A stretch of DNA of 64,000 nucleotides from Piromyces finnis finn (lineage: Eukaryota > Fungi > Neocallimastigomycota): contig MCFH01000100.1 of the NCBI GenBank assembly GCA_002104945.1, forward strand, positions 9,091 to 73,090, in the 5' to 3' direction. Position numbers and translations under genes: made by a program. This document shows positions 41,767-58,426 of this stretch, one piece after another. The first letter of the stretch is position 1. The number at the start of each line of letters is the position of its first letter. The notes beneath the pieces are model-generated. The model searched no databases. It had not been told where the DNA came from and worked only from the letters and a program-made list of their open reading frames with translations.

Positions 41767-42091
41767 ATGTTTTACGATATTAATAATATTAATAATATTC
41801 ATTATCAACAATTTGATATGTTAAATTCAAAGAATTCTAATAATTCCATTTTAAATCTTCAAAGTGGTAATTTCTCTGATGTGTTAGATCCTACCTTGAC
41901 GAACTTTACTCAAAACAATATTAAGAATATTCAGGTTACTTCCCAGCCAAATATTGTCTCTCCTCCTTTTAATACTAACTACCTCTTTGGTAATAATACT
42001 ATGAAAACAGCATATAGCAAGAATAATTATCAAAATAATAATAATAATCAAGTGAATTACATTCCAGTTATTGATGCTAATAATATCAATC

Positions 42092-42131
<40 letters not shown>

Positions 42132-43293
42132 TATTGATTATGAAAATTTAGTCAATAATGAATTTACATTCAAAAATAACAATAATTATAATTATAGTAA
42201 TTATAATGATTATTTAACTATTGTTAATGAGAATAATAATATTAATAACAATCAAATCTATATTAATCAAATTAATAATGGCCAAATCAACAATCTAGTC
42301 AATTGCGATCAATTGAATTATAATCAAATTGTTAATTATCAAGTAATCAATAATAGTTTTATAAATTATGATCAAAATATTAATAATATTATTAATATCA
42401 ACAATAATATCAATAATAATAGCAATAATAATATCAGTATTGATGTTTATAAAAACGCTTTTAATAATAAAATTGATTATTATAATTATTATTATATACC
42501 ATCTAATGAAAATGATGACTTTTCAAATGAAGTAAGAAAATTAATTCAACAAGCTTCAAATAGAATTGAAATATTAAGATTAGCAAAAGCAATGGATCAA
42601 GAATATCTTTTGTATTTTATGGAAGAATTGAATGAATTTGATGTTGAATTTTTAATGAAAGATAAAGATATTTTAAAAAAAATATCAACTGTTTACACAT
42701 CATTTATTTTCAATAGAAAAAGAAAATACGGTAATAAAATACCTCGTCCATTAAATTGTTTTATGATTTTTAAAAAATACTTGACCTACTATTTTAAACA
42801 AAACAATGCAATTCATTATAATTATAAAATTTTAAATGGATATTTTGGAGAATTATGGAAATGTCAAAATGATGAGGTAAAGAACGCTTTTATTCACCGT
42901 CAGAACATTCATAAAATAATTCATCATTATGTGTATGTATATATTTATACAATTATGTATTTATGTATTTTAATATTTTAATATTTAATAATAATATAAT
43001 TAATTAAATATGATTATTAATAAAATTAAAATTATTAAATTAATAATATTTATTCTAATATATTTTTAATGGTATCAAAATAACTCAACAGATATAAAGG
43101 TTACAAGTTTATTCAAACCAAAGGCAAAAATAAGCATGATTATAAGTTCATCATAAGTAAGGTGAAAAAGATGGTTAAAGAAAATAAAATGAAGAAATGC
43201 CTTAAATATTTAGAAATGATAAAACCTGAAGATAGAATAAAACATCGAGATGAAATTATCGAAATACTTAATTTTTTAAAGAAAAAAATCTAA
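41767..43293 (+). CDS. MATA/SOX-type HMG-box transcription factor b (455 aa; exons 41767-42932, 43092-43293)
   Basis: Inverted duplicate of the 19808-21382 gene (about 19698-22050 vs 41090-43403). Same intron (GTATGT..CAG), open frame, near-identical HMG box. Confidence 0.9.
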
Positions 43294-43813
43294 GCATTCA
43301 ATATTATCAAATTTATAACTAAAAATTTAATATATAATTAAATTTAAAATTATATAATATTGAATTTAAGGTGATAAAAAAAAAAAGTTAAAAATTGATT
43401 TTTTCTTTTAGGTTTAACAAAATAAACTTTTATTTGTAATACTTATTCATAAATGAAAATTATAATAAATATACTAATATAAAAAATTTTTATATTTATT
43501 TTACAATAAATAAAAAAATATGATATTATAATTTTTATAATTTTTACTTTAATGATTATAAAAAAAAAATAAACTACTTTGAAAGTAATTTTAATAATTA
43601 TTTTTTATTTATAATGTTTTAAATGTGAAGAATACTTGATTTTAAATAAATATTTATAATTAAAAAATAAGAGAACACCAAAATATAAAATAATAAAATT
43701 GTCTTTAAAGTTTATTGTTACATATATAAATAATATATCTTTATGATTATTAATAATATTTAAAATTTTATAATACGAAATGAAATTATATTAATAAATT
43801 AATAGTATATAAA

Positions 43814-45164
43814 ATGCCATCCTTGGAATCTGAGGTACATGATACAAAATGCTTTGAAAGATGAAAACATGAAGGTTCTTATTTATTATTATAATGATTA
43901 TAATATATATTTAGAAATTCATATTAAATTTCTATTATTAAATTTATATATATTCTAAGACTGTTAAAGATGATTTAAAACAACTATATCAAATTAAAGC
44001 TACAACTTCTTTATTACAGGTAATTAATGAAACCCAATAAAAAGTATTATTTTTAAATTAATTTTATATTAATAATAATAATTAATAATTCTGTTTTTAT
44101 TAATAATAAAAGCAAACTCAAATTGGTAAAGTTGTTAATCATGTTAAAAAAAATCCAAATGTTACGGATGATATTATAAAGCTTTCTAGAAAGATTATTT
44201 ACAATTGGAAACAAGATATTGAAGAAGAAAATAAAAGTATTAATCAGATTCATGTATATAATTATTTAATTAAAATAAGTTTTTATTGTTAAAATTAAAA
44301 AAAATATATATATAATTAATAATTGAATATGTTGAAGATAAATCTGAAGCAACCAAAAAGTCACTATCACGTTGTAAATATTAAAATATAAAATATGCTA
44401 GATATTATAATTTATTAATGATCATAAATAGAATATGAATTGTTGGATATTAATTTATATAAATATAATTTAAGCATCATCTCATGATTCAGTATCAAAA
44501 GATTCTGTTAATAATGCAAAAGCAACAAAACCAGAATCTAAAGCTAAACCCGAACCACCAAAAAGAACTTCAGTTACTGATGGTATTAGACTTGTATCAA
44601 CAGGAAATAAGGCTCGTGCTGGATGTGCAAATATGTTATATAAAGCTTTAGCACTTTATGAAGGTTCTAGTAAGTAATACCATAATTTATATAATACTTA
44701 GTAATAGTAAAAAGTTTCATAAGTTATGGCTATTTATTAAATATAAAATAGAAATAATGTTAAGGTAAAGGAATGAAATATATTTAATGCTTATATATAT
44801 TTTTAAATATTTATATTAATAGGTCCACAAATACTTTCCAAAAAAAGCTTCACAAATCGAAAATGAAGTTTATAAATTGTTTCAAAGTGTTGATAGCAAA
44901 TATAAAACAAAGATAATGTCTTTATATTTAAATTTAAAGGATAAATCAAACCCACAATTAAGAGAAAAAATTATTAATGATGATATTAGTGCATCAGAGT
45001 TTTGTCAAATGTCCCCAACTGTAAATTATTATAATGAATATTATTAATAGCAATACTATGTATAAATGCAATGTGTAAATAATAATTTATTTTTATTATT
45101 TATAATTATTATATAGGAAATGGCTTCAGAGCAAAAACAAGAAGAATTAAAGATAAAAATTTAA
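43814..45164 (+). pseudogene. DST1: TFIIS (transcription elongation factor S-II)-like gene, truncated and with apparent frameshifts
   Basis: Exons give QTQIGKVVNHVKK...SRKIIYNWKQD (domain I), TGNKARAGCANMLYKAL and YKTKIMSLYLNLKDKSNPQLR...FCQM-EMAS (domain II). It stops at EMASEQKQEELKIKI* with no Zn-ribbon. Apparent single-base A-run slips near 43846 and 44845. Confidence 0.75.
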
Positions 45165-45845
45165 TACAAATACATTAAATTAATACAAATACATAAATTG
45201 ATGGGTTTGTAGAACAATGTAATAAATTAATATTATAAATTTAATTTAATTCTTTTGGTTGTTAATACTATTTAATATTATTAAAAAAAGAATAAATTAA
45301 AAAATATATTATATGTATTATACATATAATATATAGAACTTATATATAATATATTATATTCTAAATTAATACATATATAAATAATGTATGAATGTATGTT
45401 AAGTAATGTAATGTAATTTACTTATAAGATAAAAAAAAAAAAGGTGCTAAATAAATATAAAGTTTATTTAGTGTGTTGTCATTTGAAAACAGAAATGGAA
45501 AATTTAAATCATAACATTATAATTTAATAATAATATATAAAATAAATATTTTATGTTATTTATTTTTAAATATAATTAATAACTAATATATTATGATAAA
45601 AGAAAAATAAGTAGAAATTGATTAAAAATAAAATAAAATAAAATTAAAAAAAAAAAAAAAAACATATGTAAGCTATATAGAAAGTAAGCAAATTAATTTA
45701 AAACAATAATATTTATACCAAGAAATATTATAATATAAAATATGATCTGAAATACAAAATTAATTTAAAAGAAGGAAAAAAAAAAGAAGCATTTTAATAA
45801 ATGATTTTATAACAATAAATTACCATTAGAATTAATTCTATAAAG

Positions 45846-46987
45846 ATGGTAGAGGACAATTCTAAAGTGAAATCAAAACTGAATTTAAAGTTAAATAAAC
45901 AAGAGCAAGTCCTGAAACGTAAAGATTCTGAAAATCTTGAGAGGTATTTTTTTTTAATTGATGTATTTCATCTATATTCTTTTCCAAAAACTAAATTATT
46001 TGTTTGAAGCAATATCAATAAAAGAAATTGCATTAAAGATTTAGATAATAAAAATGAAAGTAGTGTTGAAAATGAAAATGAAAGAAGCAATAAAATAACA
46101 AAAAAAAAAGAGGTAATTTAACTTATTAATTCATAAAAACTTCTTTCTTTATAAAATTTTTTATTATTTTTATTATTATTATTTAAAAAACAATTTATAA
46201 TTAATTTTAATAAACTTTAAAAATACTCTTAATTAAAAAGGCCCAAGGTCAGGCTTTTTAAATGAAATGGTTAACAATAGAGTTAAAAAAATTTTGACAG
46301 ATTCAAATATACAAATATACCTTTTGAAATTAAAAATGGCTCCATAGTTTTTAAAAATAGTACTGATGATAATATTATTGAAGGAGTAAACATTAAAGAA
46401 TCCAAAAAAGAATTTGAAATTTTACAGAGCAATTCAATTCATCCCCAAGTTTCAAAAGGAAAATTAAATGAAACTGTTTCGGACATATTTGATGATAATA
46501 TGAATAGATTACAAAATTTTTATAATATGTATTTAAATTCTTATAATAATGATGTAAAAGAATATCATAATACCCATGAAATTTTGTCCTTTGATGAATT
46601 CAATGAAATATCTATACCTTCTAGTATTAAATTTAAAAATACACAGAGAATAAAACTGTCTGATCAATCTTTGATTGAATGTACCTCGGAACTTTTACCA
46701 AATATTGTTCATTTGAATTTTAACATACTGACAGATTATTTTAAGTATGCACATAGTTATTCACCAATTATACAACCAACTGTCTTGATTTACTGTATAA
46801 AAAACAGAACACTATCACCTGGTCTACTTTTAACAATATATGCATTAACATTTTTATTTAGTCCCAATCAAAATAAATTACTAGCAGATTTTTATTTTGA
46901 TAAAGCAGAACAATATTTAACTTGTAATATTAGTTCATCTGATATTCAGAATGTTCATACCACTTATTTATTATCTAATTATTATAA
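45846..46987 (+). pseudogene. Fungal-specific transcription-factor (middle homology region) fragment; no Zn2Cys6 cluster seen
   Basis: YFKYAHSYSPIIQP...SPGLLLTIYAL...ADFYFDKAEQYL...DIQNVHTTYLLSNY resembles Fungal_trans. The upstream exons are broken by a frameshift or stop. Confidence 0.6.
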
Positions 46988-47114
46988 GTACTAGCAATAA
47001 GATTAATAAATAATAATTTGTAAAAAATTTTCATATATACTATCTGCATAATATTATAAATTTTATTCTAATTTCTTTTTTTATGAAAAAATATTTATTA
47101 TATAAAAAAAAAAG

Positions 47115-48893
<1,779 letters not shown>

Positions 48894-49806
48894 GGCACAA
48901 TCTCTAATTAAAATTTAAAAAAAAAAATGAAGAAAATAAAAAATCGCTTCATTCATTAAGAAAATAAAAAAGTAATTTTCAAATTTTGATTATTATGACT
49001 AATCAAAAATTGAAAAATAAAAAATAGAAAAAATAAATAAATAGAAGAAGAAGTCTATTCTCTTCTTAGACAAATAAAAAATAAAAAAAAAAATAGAATT
49101 TACACATTGATAGTGTATATAATAATAAAAAATATCATAGTAAAATAAAAGAAAAATAGAAAAATAGTAATATTTTTTTTTAATAATTCTTTAATAATAA
49201 AAAAAAAAAAATAAAATTAAAAGATAAAATAATTTGGTTCTATAATACTTTTTTTATTTTTCATTTTATTATTTTATTATTTTTTTTAAATAAAAATAAA
49301 AGCATGAAAATATTAAAATGAAAAAAAGTTTATCATTTGTATTATTAAATATTAAATACAACTAATTTTCATTATTTTTATTTGTTAAAGAGAGCAAAGC
49401 GATACTTTTTTCTTTATTAAAAAATTTTAATTTTCTTAATAATTATTTAAAAAAAAAAAAAATAAATAAAAACAAGAATAAAATTTTTTATTTTATTTTT
49501 TTTTTTTCCAATTTAAATGTTATTTTTTATATTACTTGTAATTTTAGTATATGAAATAATAAAATATTTTACTTATTTCTGTTGAATTATAAATTTTAAA
49601 AAATGTTGAAAAAAAGGCCACTTTTTAAATTTTCATTATTACTTTCAACTGCTCCCTTTTCATTTAAATATTTAATTATATTTACGTGCATAATATAATT
49701 GTGTCCTTCCATTATCATCTTGACTATTAACATCTATTTTTTCATTTTCAATTAAATATTTAACTATCTCTTCATTTCCTTGATAACATGCATAATGTAA
49801 TAGTGT

Positions 49807-50496
49807 TCATCTATTATCATCTTGAATATTAACATCTATTTTTTCATTTTCAATTAAATATTTAACAAGATTAACATTTTCTTTTTGTGCTTGACATGCA
49901 AAATGGATGATTATGTTTCCATATTTACTTTTTGTGTTTACATCTGCTCCTTTTTCAATTAAATATTTAACTATCTCTTCATTTCCTTGATAACATGCAT
50001 GATGTAATGGTGTCCATCCATTATCATCTTGACTATTAACATCTATTTTTTCATTTTCAATTAAATATTTAACTATCTCTTCATTTCCTCTATCACATGC
50101 AAAATGTAAAGGTGTACATCTATCCTTATTTTGAATATTGATATCTGCACCTTTATCAATTAAATATTTTACTATATTTTCATATCCTTTTTCACAGGCA
50201 TAATGTAATGGTGTCCAATTATTCATATCTGTAGCATTCACATTTGCCCCTCTATCAATTAAATATTTAACAATATTTTCACATCCTTTTTTACATGCGT
50301 AATGTAAAAAAGTATAACCATCCTTGTCTTTATTGTTTATTTCAAATTTTAATTCTTCAATATTGTATATAATCGGGTATATATCATTATCATCAAAAGA
50401 AAACCTTTCAGTAAAAAGAAGATTATCATTTAATGACTCATTTGAGTCACAAATAGAAAATTCATCTTCACTAATATCTGAACCATTAATATCCAT
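49807..50496 (-). CDS. Ankyrin-repeat protein (229 aa; further decayed repeats past the stop to about 49660)
   Basis: Tandem G-T-PLH-AC---G---IVKYLI---A/IDVN repeats. The TGA stop sits where other repeats have TGG and is followed by another repeat (TLLHYACYQGNEEIVKYLIENEK). Confidence 0.85.
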   Translation of the reverse strand: MDINGSDISEDEFSICDSNESLNDNLLFTERFSFDDNDIYPIIYNIEELKFEINNKDKDGYTFLHYACKKGCENIVKYLIDRGANVNATDMNNWTPLHYACEKGYENIVKYLIDKGADINIQNKDRCTPLHFACDRGNEEIVKYLIENEKIDVNSQDDNGWTPLHHACYQGNEEIVKYLIEKGADVNTKSKYGNIIIHFACQAQKENVNLVKYLIENEKIDVNIQDDNR

Positions 50497-53191
50497 ATTA
50501 AAACAATAATATAATGAAATAAAATAGGAATTATAAGTTTTTTATCAAATTATTAAACATTAATTATTTTAAAATAAATATTCTTAACTTGTATTTATAA
50601 TAATATTAATAAGAAGTAAACTTTATTTATTAAAATTTTAACAATTAATTTAATTGTAAATTTTCTTTCTTTTTTTTTTATTTTCTAAAGTCATAAATCA
50701 AAAAATGATAATTTATATAATTTTTTTTTACTAATAATTATTTTTTTTTTGTAATCTTTTATTATATTTAAAAAGAAGATTAAAAATATAATATAAAGAC
50801 CATTAAAACTATTAATAATATAATAGTAATTATTCTTTATTTATAAAAATAAAAATTATAATTATAAATACTAATATTTTTTCTTATTAATTTAATTATT
50901 TATTATATAGGTAAAAAAATTAAAATTAAAATATATTTGAAACGTCAAGAGAAAATTACAATAATTAAATAAAAATATTGGATAACAAAATACATTTTAT
51001 ATTATTAATTATACCTTAAATTATGAATAACATGACTAAGTAATTGTAACAATGTATTATTATAGTTAAACCAGCTTTCATATATAATATTTTATTTTTT
51101 GTTATTATTACTTATTTTTAATATAGAGTAAAAATATTAGAATTGATAAAAGATATTAATATAATTTATATTTAATAATGATACTAATTCATTTTATTTG
51201 GCATATTAAAAACACTCATCGTTCATTTAAAATCAAAAATAAACCTTATTATTAAAAATCATAATATTTTAATAATAATAATTAGATTAGTAATAATAAT
51301 GATTTAACTTTTTAGTTAATATATTAATAAAATAACATAATGAAAAAATTATAATTATTATTTAAAAATATTACAATGTAAAGTAAAAAGTTGTAAATTT
51401 AATAAGCAAATAAAAAAATGAATATAAAATTATAATTAACATAATTCGTAATTAATTCAATTTATAAATTACATTAAAAAATAAATAAAATAGTTTTTTG
51501 TTTTCTCATAGTATAAAATATATTTTTTTCTTCTTTTTAGCAGCTTTTTTCTTTTTCGTATCTTTTAAATATTTTTTTAATTTGATAGTGCTCCGATTAT
51601 TTTTTTTTTTTTATATTTAAAAAACCTTTTTAAAAATAACAAAGAAAACTTTTTAATTAAAAAATAATTAAATGATTTTTAAAAAAAGTTGACTTTTTTA
51701 TTTATTATACTAAAATATTTTTAAATGAATTCTTATCTTTTAATTATGTAATATTCTTACTAATCTCTATAATATTTCAATATTGATAAATTGTAATTTT
51801 TAAGAATATTTAATATATTTAGTTTTATAATTAAATATATTTTAAAAAATATACATGTATAATAATAATAATATATCTCAATAAAAAAATATAAAAAAAA
51901 AAGGTTCTCTCTATCTTTTTAAAATTCATGTGTATAACTATTCAAATTTATATAATAAAAATTTGGAATATTTATGAAAACTTAGTATTAAGTAAAAGTT
52001 CATTTTAATATGTTATATTTTTTTTATTCATTATTAAAATCCACTTTTTGTTTTACGAAAATATATATATATATAAATTCAACCAATTTTCAAATGTTTT
52101 TGTTATAAAACACTTTTAAAATATATAATATAATTATATAAATGTTGTTATGGACCTAATTTATATATATGAAAGGTTTTCATATTTTTTTAATGATAAA
52201 ATATTAATGAATATTTTATTGGTTATTATTTAATTGTAAACATGATATTTAGGTTGTTAACAGGCACAAAAGGTTTGGTTACATTAAAAGATGGTTTTAC
52301 TTCTCCAAAATTTTTCATTTGGATTTGATGTCATTTTTGTGAATAAATAATAAAAATTGGAGATTCAAACAAAAATTATCAAAAGGGTTAGATATTAAAA
52401 ATTAATTAAGGTGTATCTTTTCTTATTTACTACTACTACAAAAACATAAATAAAAATAGAATATATATTTTATGTATTAAATATTTAATAATTGATGCAA
52501 AATATGAAATTATTTTTTAACCTCATCTACAAACTCCTACTTTATTTTAATATTTAATATAAAAAAAGAATTATAATAAACTTTATTTAAAAACTTTAAA
52601 TCAAAATTAATATAAATATTAAAATATCTATTATTTAAGTATTTTCCATCATCTTTATAAATAGCACAGTCTTTTCGTATCATAGACATAAATATATTAT
52701 ATACAATAAAATATTTAAAAATACTTTTTCTTTTTAATAATAAATATTCTTTAATTTATTTAAACTAGTGAAATTTTCTCATTGATTTTTTAACTTAATT
52801 ATAATACTAAGGTTTTATGTTTCAAACATTTTAATTTCTAAATATTACAAATTAATAATATTATATTCATATATAATATAATTTATATTATAGGAATGAT
52901 TTAAGAGAAAATTACTTTGTTAATATAAATTTAAAAAATTAGCAAAATTATTTATAAATAATTTTTACTTTTATTTCTTATTAGAAAAGATGCTTTATTA
53001 TTAAAATTTAAATTGCATATAAAATTTTATATTATTTTTGGAATGATTAAATGCATCATAATTATTATTATTTTTAATTTATAAAAAATAAGCAAAATGA
53101 AAATTGACATATATATATAATTAAATTTTATACAAAAATATTTAAATTCCATTATTAATTTTTGTTAAAATAATGTATTTTTCTAATATAT

Positions 53192-56100
53192 TTAATAAAT
53201 AGTACTTTTTATAATTTCATTTTTAATAGGTGCTGATTTATTTTTATATTTTGAGGAATCTGAGTTTAAATTAGTTGTTGAATTTAATGGTAAAAAACCA
53301 TATTTTTTTAGTTTATATTTTCTTTGTAATATATATATCTTATGAATAACATTAAATGGAAGTTCTTTTGTTTCCATCCATAAAGCATCATTATGTCTTG
53401 TATAATTTTTAGAAAATATTACTTTTTTAATTATCATATGCCATCCGTTATGTTCCCAAATAGCATTCCTAACATTCAACGGTAAATCATCATTAACCCA
53501 AAAACTAGTCAGAGAAAAAAGAACATCAGTATAGGTACAATAATTATAATAAACTTTTAAATTTCTAAATAAAAGTTCAATAGGAGGCTTATTTCTAACA
53601 TATCTAATATTTTGACTTCCCCATTCAAAGTTGGATGGAATTTTAACTGAATTATACATTGCTACAACATCTTTAAATGATAAGTACCCATTTCTATCTA
53701 TATCATATTTATTCCATTCATCCGTGAAATATTCTTTTATCAATTCTATTTTATTAATTTCTTTCTGTTCTTGAAGCATCATTACAAAAGTATCCATAAT
53801 AATAGCAATAAAACTATTTACAAATATCCAATTAAAAACAATTTGTAAAGACATATAATATAAAGGCGAAATAAAACTTCCACAATTTTCATTTTCTGAA
53901 CAGAATCTTAAAGTTCTTCCAATACAATCTGACATTCCTATTGGATAATTCTCACCTATTTTTTTTTTTAACAAATAATAAAAAAATATTATTATTTTGA
54001 TATTTTTTTAAAAAAAAAACTTTTTAAAATGAAATGGGTTACAAACCTGTTGTGAAAATAAATACAGTGAGCATACTTTTTAAAAAAGTAGAAAAATTTA
54101 AATGATTATTTAAAAGCTCTGTATTATTATAATTAATATCGCCAAAGAAATAACATCCTAAAAAGGCATAGACAACTAATACTATAATCATTAACTATTA
54201 TTTATTATAATAATAAAATAATAAATTAATATATTAATTTAATATATATTAATACAATATATAATTAAAAAGCAACGCTATTTTATATTTATAATATATA
54301 ATTTATATAACTTACGAAAAGAATATTTAATAATTGTTTATAATTTATAATTATAACTTGTAATAATGCTCTTATTCCATGGGCAAATTTCAAAAAACGT
54401 CCTATTCTAAGTAATCTAATAGTTAAAAAGATATTTGATTTTTGAATGTCCAATGAAAAAATTAAGCTTAGGTAAGAAAGAACAACAATTATTAAACAAA
54501 GATTTCTCCAACGATCATGGAAGAAATTCTTGAATCCATAAGATATAAAAGATAATAAAACTTCAATAGTATAAATTACAAGAAATATATATTCAGATAT
54601 ATTTTGAATATCATTTTCTAATTGACTTTGATCAAAATGACCTAATGAATGAATGATTACATTTATTAATAATACGAAAAATATAATGGTATCATATTTG
54701 GATGATTCAAAAAAATTTCTAATTTTGATACACCATTTGTTTTTAGAATGTGGAATGTTTTTATATGGTTTTTTAGTGATTAATAATTTAACATATTCAT
54801 GAATTTTCTTTTGATTACTATTTAAATCCTAAAAATGAAAAATTAAATAAAATAATAAATTATATCAAAAAGTATTAGATTAGACAGTAAATAAAATTAG
54901 AAATTAATTAAATAAATATTTTTTAATATTTATGTAAATATATATAAATATGTAAATTAAAATTTACATTAATTCCTTTTAATATATTGGAATTTCTTTT
55001 GATACTATCATAAACTACACCCGTAATAACGGATAAAAAGATCCATCCTCCAACAATCATACTTCCTATATAATAAATAGAAGCCCATTTATTTGACCTT
55101 GGAACTCTTAATTCATTTTTACTTGAAAATCCCATGTAATAGTACATTAATTCTGGCCATCCTTCTTGATTAGCTATAATGAATGCGGTTTGTAAACTAT
55201 CAAAAATATTATCAAATCCTGCAAAAAATCCCCATAATTCTCTATTCATTTCTCTATCCCAATCGGAATTATAAAAAGTACCAGTACAATTACTAATTGT
55301 TTTAATATCTGGATCTGGATCATTGCAAGTATAGCCATCACCTGAAAATAATGAAAGTCCGATAATCGAAACAATAATCATATAGAAAATAAATGGAACC
55401 ATAACCATTACTATAGAAGGAATAGTTTTCCAAATAGCTAAAGAAATGATTCTTAGATCTTCACTCAATTTGATTAATCTTACAATTCTTAAAAGCCTGA
55501 AAACTCTAAATACCAAAATATGATTTGCAAAATCATACAAACCAATAACTGAAATAATGATGATAGATAAATCAATCCAATTTAGAGGATTTCTTAAATA
55601 AGCTTTGGAATCAATAATTAATCCTTGAGCAATTGCCTCAAAAGCAAATTCCAATACAAAGATTATACTAAAGAGAACATTTAGTATATAAACAATGGTA
55701 TTAGTTTTATTATCATAAGGTACAGTAATTATTCCTTCATTTGTCATTTCACGTTTTGGGATATCGAAGTAGAGAATAACACAACTTAACATAATAAGTA
55801 TATTAATAATTACAATATAAGATGTACTTTCAGTCAATTTTTTAAAAAAAGCAACAAATTCGGATAAACGATATTTATAATATAATCCTTTTAATCCATT
55901 TTGATGACTTAATTCTTCCATTTTCTCAACTTTACTCTTATCATTCATTTTTTTCTTTTCATTCATTTCATTAAGTAATTCCATGGAACCTTTATATATT
56001 TCTTCTTCAACAATTTTAAGATTTTCATTAATTGTCTGGAGTTTTCTTTCTTTTTCATTTCTTCTTATTTGTTCAGCTAATTCGTCACCATAATTAATTT

Positions 56101-58426
56101 CTTTTACATTAGTTTTGTTATTGCTTTGTTGAGACATTCTACGTTCTAATCTGTTTTTATTATTAAAAGAGAAACTAAAACTTGTATCCCTTGCTATATC
56201 AATAAAGCCTCCAAGAGTATTTTTAAGAAATTTTAATGTTTGAACTTGAATCTTAAATTCATTTGGTGTATTTTCATTTTCAGCCATGATTTTATTCTGG
56301 AAAGAACTAATGATAATTGAAACTAAAATATTTGAAAGAAAGAATGAACCTATAATTACTATTTTTGTTATTTTATTAATAATAACAAAATAAATAGATT
56401 AATTAATATATAAACAATTATTTTAATTTTTATTACTTTATTTTAAAAAAAATATTTATAAATATTATCTAAATATTATAATATAATTAATTTATATTAA
56501 TATTTACTGATAATTATTGGAATAATAACAAAAGCTATTCCCCTTGCTCTAACACAAGCATTTTCAATATTTTTCCAACTTACCGTTGTAAATAACTGAA
56601 CAATTGATAATATAGAATTAAATATATTGTCGAAATTTTCGTCAGGAATTCCATCTTCAAAATTCATTTTACCAGAAAATAATTGAAATCCAAATGTGGC
56701 AAATATTATAACAAAAATAATCCAAATAATGAATAAACATAATTGTTTAAGAAAAGAATCCTTAACAACAACAAATAAAAATTGCAATTGTTTAGAGAAT
56801 TTACTAATTCGTAAAACTCTCAAAGATCTTAAAATTCTAAAAACAAATAAACCATTATTAGATGCTATGATAAATTGATCAATTACTGATAGAATGGTAA
56901 ATATACAATCAATAATGTTGTATCCAGATTGTTTTACATAACCAATAGGATTTAGCATAATTAATTTACATATCATTTCCACTATAAATATTATAACGCA
57001 TACTTTTGATATATTGTCAATAATTTTTTTACCCTTTTCTGTACTATCTTTGTTAATACAACAGGCACTAATAGTATCAACCATAATAACTATCATCATA
57101 AATGTATCCCATTTATTATTATTCATAATACGATTAAATATTTTTTGACAAGAAGTAATAAATTTTGATTTTCTTAATCTTATCATAAATTTACAATTTA
57201 CAAATTTATTGATTATTTTATTAATTTTAGAAAATATTGAATTGTTTTTATTTTTTTTAATACTTTTATTAGATTTAACTATAATGGAAATTTCGTTATT
57301 ATTTATTTTAAAGTTTTCAATTGATTTTTTTATTAACTGTTGTGAACTAACTCTATATTCTTCTTCAATTTCATCAACTAAGTTGTTCGAAAAAACACCA
57401 ATAATGAGTTGTAATATAAACCAATTTCCAATGATAATAACCAATATATAATAGAATGAGCCAAAATAATTAGTTCCATCCGAAGTCATGTATAACATTT
57501 CACCCCATCCAACCTTTGTTATTATCTTTTATAAATCATTGAAAATTTATATACAATAATTTTAATATAAAATACTACGATGAATAAGATATATATTTTT
57601 ATTATTTTATTTATAAACTTACTTGAAAAATAGATAAAAAGGCATAAAAAATGTTATCAAATCCAACGGTATTATAATATGGATTATAATCTGTTTTAGT
57701 ACATGTAAAGCCTGAAGGGCATTGGTATCCTCTTGAATTTGATGTTGAACAAATTTGATTTTCATCATATACTAATCCATTTTCATTAATACATTTATAT
57801 CTTAATTTCCCACCAAAAACAAATACTCCAAAAACTCCAAAACTTACAAAAAAAAACAATGTAAAAATTGTAATATCTCGAATAACTGGTAAGGACTTTT
57901 TAAAAGCCCTAAAAATACTATTAATTCCTCGTAGCCCTTTATTAAATAATAAAAATGTTAATTTAGATTATATATACTTTTTAATTTTAATATTACATAT
58001 ATCTTTTTTTTTATTTCTTTATTTATAGATATTATAATTACATGTTATTTTTGGTAGATACTTTAATATGGAAAGTAATCGAATTGATGAAAAATTTGGA
58101 AATCCTGATAAGTACAAAATACTTACTGTTATTACTAGTAAATCATAATAAGTTTCAAATTTACTAAATATTTGAGATATTCGTATTCGTGAAATAATTG
58201 ATACTATCGCTTCAAATATGAAATAGACACAAAATATTTTATCAAAAGAAATCAAGTATTCATAGAAACCTTTTTTCTCTACTACACTATCATTTGAACT
58301 GTATACTACAATTAATAAATTCAGAAAAATTAATGTAATTGAAAAAATAGAAAAATATTTATTTTCTACTATTTTATAGCATAAATCTTGTAAACCCAAT
58401 AATTTTCTTTTTATATTTTTATTCAT
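53192..58426 (-). CDS. Four-domain voltage-gated Ca2+/Na+-type channel alpha subunit (~1510 aa; exons 58426-58042, 57936-57623, 57525-56508, 56358-54968, 54828-54316, 54194-54047, 53955-53192)
   Basis: The seven GT-AG exons sum to 4533 nt in frame. Four 6-TM repeats with Arg-rich S4s (FRILRSLRVLR, FRVFRLLRIVR, IRLLRIGR) and pore loops; the C-terminus has an EF-hand-like DIDRNGYLSFKD and an IQ-like ILQRKYK. Confidence 0.9.

Noticed and set aside
52250-52400. Short coding-like patch (LTGTKGLVTLKDGFTSPKFF)
   Set aside because: No extendable frame, splice context or recognisable family.
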